The notes under the pieces: generated by a model
What the model was told of the DNA's origin: nothing
The model's database searches: none
The model's input: only the letters and a program-made list of their open reading frames with translations
Shown: in pieces, positions 61,991 to 64,000 of the stretch
Numbering within the stretch: the first letter of the stretch is position 1
How the letters are laid out: the number at the start of each line of letters is the position of its first letter
Assembly (NCBI RefSeq): GCF_036321535.1
Contig: NC_087447.1
Location: forward strand, 40,922,001-40,986,000
DNA length: 64,000 nt
Source: Camelus dromedarius
Lineage: Eukaryota
Direction of reading: 5' to 3'
Translations under genes and position numbers: made by a program

Positions 61991-62337
61991 CTCTGACCTC
62001 CTTTCCCAGGAACCCCCAACCCAGCGACTGGAACAGTGTTGGAACTCCATGATATGATCTTTGAATCAAGTGTTTTAGCTGCATTCACCTGACTTAGCCT
62101 GGTTCATGACAGATAAGAGTGTCATTTATTAGACGTGCACTGGCTGTTCACTTGTCCTGCATCAGGCTCTATGCTAGACACTCAGGACACAGATAGACCG
62201 AGCACAGCTTTACCTCTTAAAGACCTCACAGTGTAATGATGGAGAGACAAGCGAGAAACCAGCAACTAGCACAAGTGAGCCACTGGGTGGAGGGACGGAG
62301 GAGCGAGGAGAGGCTCCGAGTGGGTGTCTCTCTGAGT

Positions 62338-62392
62338 GGGCGGGCCCGGTGGGCGGGGCTATAAATCCACCCTGCCCTTCCCAGGTTAGTTA
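62338..62392 (+). promoter_or_regulatory. Candidate Pol II core promoter (two GC boxes, TATA, Inr-like)
   Basis: GGGCGG at 62338-62343, GGGCGGGG at 62351-62358, TATAAAT at 62360-62366, TTAGTT with A at 62388. Motif evidence only. Confidence 0.35.
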
Positions 62393-63409
62393 CTCATGAT
62401 CTAGTCCATAGATCGAGGTTCCATATGCATTCCCCCTGAACAGTTCCTTTGCTAAGTTTGAGAACTTCCACTCTAGGGGATGAACAAAGCAGGAAGAACA
62501 AAGCACTGATTCCATCACCATCTGAAAAACAGACTTTTGCAAAAACTCATGTTCTCTCAGAAGTTCAGAGACAACTCCTAAATACATTCCAGGAGCATTT
62601 TTCATCTCGGAGGACAATTAACCTTTGCAATTAGCTTCATCAACAGGAACTTAATATGAACTATTTGGTCGTTTAGCAACAAGGAAGCAGTCACCGCTGG
62701 CAGGATTGTGGTATCTTTGCTACTCAAGTCTCCTGGGGCTGCATGCTGAGGAAACGCTGAGCTGGATTTCCAGACTCTTCAAGCTCTTTGCCCAAAAGTC
62801 CTGACCACCCAAGGCCCCGCTCTTAGTGACCTGTGGGTTCGGTGAGCCTAACGAGTGTGAACCTAGCCTCTCAGCAGTGACTGAGGAAGGGGAAGGCTCC
62901 AACCTCCAGGGCCCCATATGCCTCCAAGAACGATGTCTGGGGAAGGAGTTGTTGGTCTGCTTCACCCCGTAGAGCTGTGTAGCCTGGGGAAGCTGGGGCC
63001 TGCTGCATACCTACTGCCGGGGCACTTTTCTTGTCTTTCTAATTTTCACCAGGCTTTCCTTATCTCCATCTTAAGCAAGAAGACTAAGGCTCCGATTAAA
63101 TCACCTGCCCACATTTGCCCAGTAGTAGGTGGCGGAGCAGGATTTGGTCCCCAGTCTCATGCTCTTTGTACATCCCTTCAATGGCCTATCAGGTCGGGCT
63201 GCTTCTCTGGGCCTGAGCTTCAGTGAATCTCACTGGTCCATCCCAGGTTGGTGTCTCTGCATCTTCCCTCCCAAACTCACACCAGCTGCAAAGTCAATGT
63301 AGGCTTCTGCTTGGATCCTTCTCTTTTCTCACTTCAGCCACCATGTAGCTCAGAAAGAAAAATCCTAATTCTCTCTGAGTCTCAAATTCCAACCCCTAAC
63401 GTGATAAGA

Positions 63410-63720
63410 TTGTGTGGTGAAAACAGCAAGGGCTTTCCAGTAGGCAAACCTGGGTTCAGATTCCAGCTCTAGTGTTTACCAGCTGGCTCACTGGGGGGCC
63501 ATAACCTCTCCGTCTACCCTTCCTCTCAACTGTGAAGTGGAGATAATAATAACTACTCCAACATTCCTTTTTTTTTTAAATGGAGGTACTGGAGATTGAA
63601 CTCAGGACCTTGTGCATGCTAAGCATGCACTCTACCACTGAGCTATGCCCTCCCCCAAAAACTACCTCCAAAGGTTGCTGTGAGGACCACAGGAGAAGCC
63701 TGGCTTGTAGAAGATGCTCA
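63410..63720 (+). mobile_element. MIR SINE interrupted by a vic-1-type SINE
   Basis: CCTGGGTTCAGATTCCAGCTCT...GGAGATAATAATAACTAC, then the insert, then CTCCAAAGGTTGCTGTGAGGA. Confidence 0.7.
63568..63656 (-). mobile_element. tRNA-Ala-derived camelid SINE, short form (tRNA part plus A tail)
   Basis: Minus strand GGGGGAGGGCATAGCTCAGTGGTAGAGTGCATGCTTAGCATGCACAAGGTCCTGAGTTCAATCTCCAGTACCTCCA-TTT-A10. Flanks AACTACTCCA / AACTACCTCCA. Confidence 0.85.
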
Positions 63721-63832
63721 AGAAGCAAAAATACAAAACAACAGGAAAAAACCACCATCAGACTGCTTCATACCTCTGTCTTCCTCGGTTCCTATGGGGA
63801 ATTATAAGACTGGTGTCTCTACCTCATCTCTT

Positions 63833-63966
63833 GGGGGAGGTTATAGCTCAGTGGTGGAGTGTGTGCTTAGCATGCTCAAGGTCCTGGGTTCAGTCCCCAG
63901 TACTTCCATTAAAAACAAATAAACAAATAAACCTAATTAACTCCCCTCCAAAAGAAACAAACAAAA
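63833..63966 (+). mobile_element. tRNA-Ala-derived camelid SINE (vic-1 type), long form with perfect 13-bp TSD
   Basis: GGGGGAGGTTATAGCTCAGTGGTGGAG...GGTCCTGGGTTCAGTCCCCAGTACTTCCA...AATAAACCTAATTAACTCCCC. TCTACCTCATCTC at both 63818-63830 and 63967-63979. Confidence 0.9.
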
Positions 63967-64000
63967 TCTACCTCATCTCCCTCAGAAGGCCTTCCCACTG

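Noticed and set aside
63581..63656. Functional tRNA-Ala gene (also 18101 and 63833)
   Set aside because: Extra 5' G-rich leader, stem mismatches, A-rich tails and flanking duplications indicate retroposed SINE copies.
1..64000. A novel multi-gene system (operon, CRISPR array, defence island)
   Set aside because: The window is intron-rich mammalian DNA. I saw no regularly spaced repeat-spacer array, no dense coding region and no ORF over 200 aa.

Overview
Mammalian genomic DNA, most likely a camelid (alpaca, llama or camel), judging from three tRNA-Ala-derived vic-1-type SINEs. The only protein-coding content I can support is the last three coding exons of GALNT18 on the + strand: 1456-1551, 27288-27452 and 40194-40340 (stop). 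They encode the ricin-B lectin domain, are joined by two phase-0 GT-AG introns of 25,736 and 12,741 nt, and are followed by a ~0.28-kb 3' UTR with AATAAA at 40600. The remaining ~23 kb is downstream intergenic DNA. Most other recognisable sequence is interspersed repeat (L1, L2, MIR, MaLR/ERV solo LTRs, hAT and Tigger MITEs) or microsatellite. Repeat family names come from remembered consensus motifs and their boundaries are approximate. The supplied ORF track is almost entirely spurious. I see no convincing new multi-gene system. The best leads are small structures: a 139-bp local duplication beside an orphan poly(A) retro-insertion and an L1 (6.2-8.3 kb), a twin-primed L1 micro-insertion (30.2-30.4 kb), an L2-derived CTCF-like site (10.7 kb), an antisense solo LTR (14.0-14.6 kb), an orphan GC-box/TATA core promoter (62.3 kb) and an inverted SINE pair (63.6-64.0 kb).
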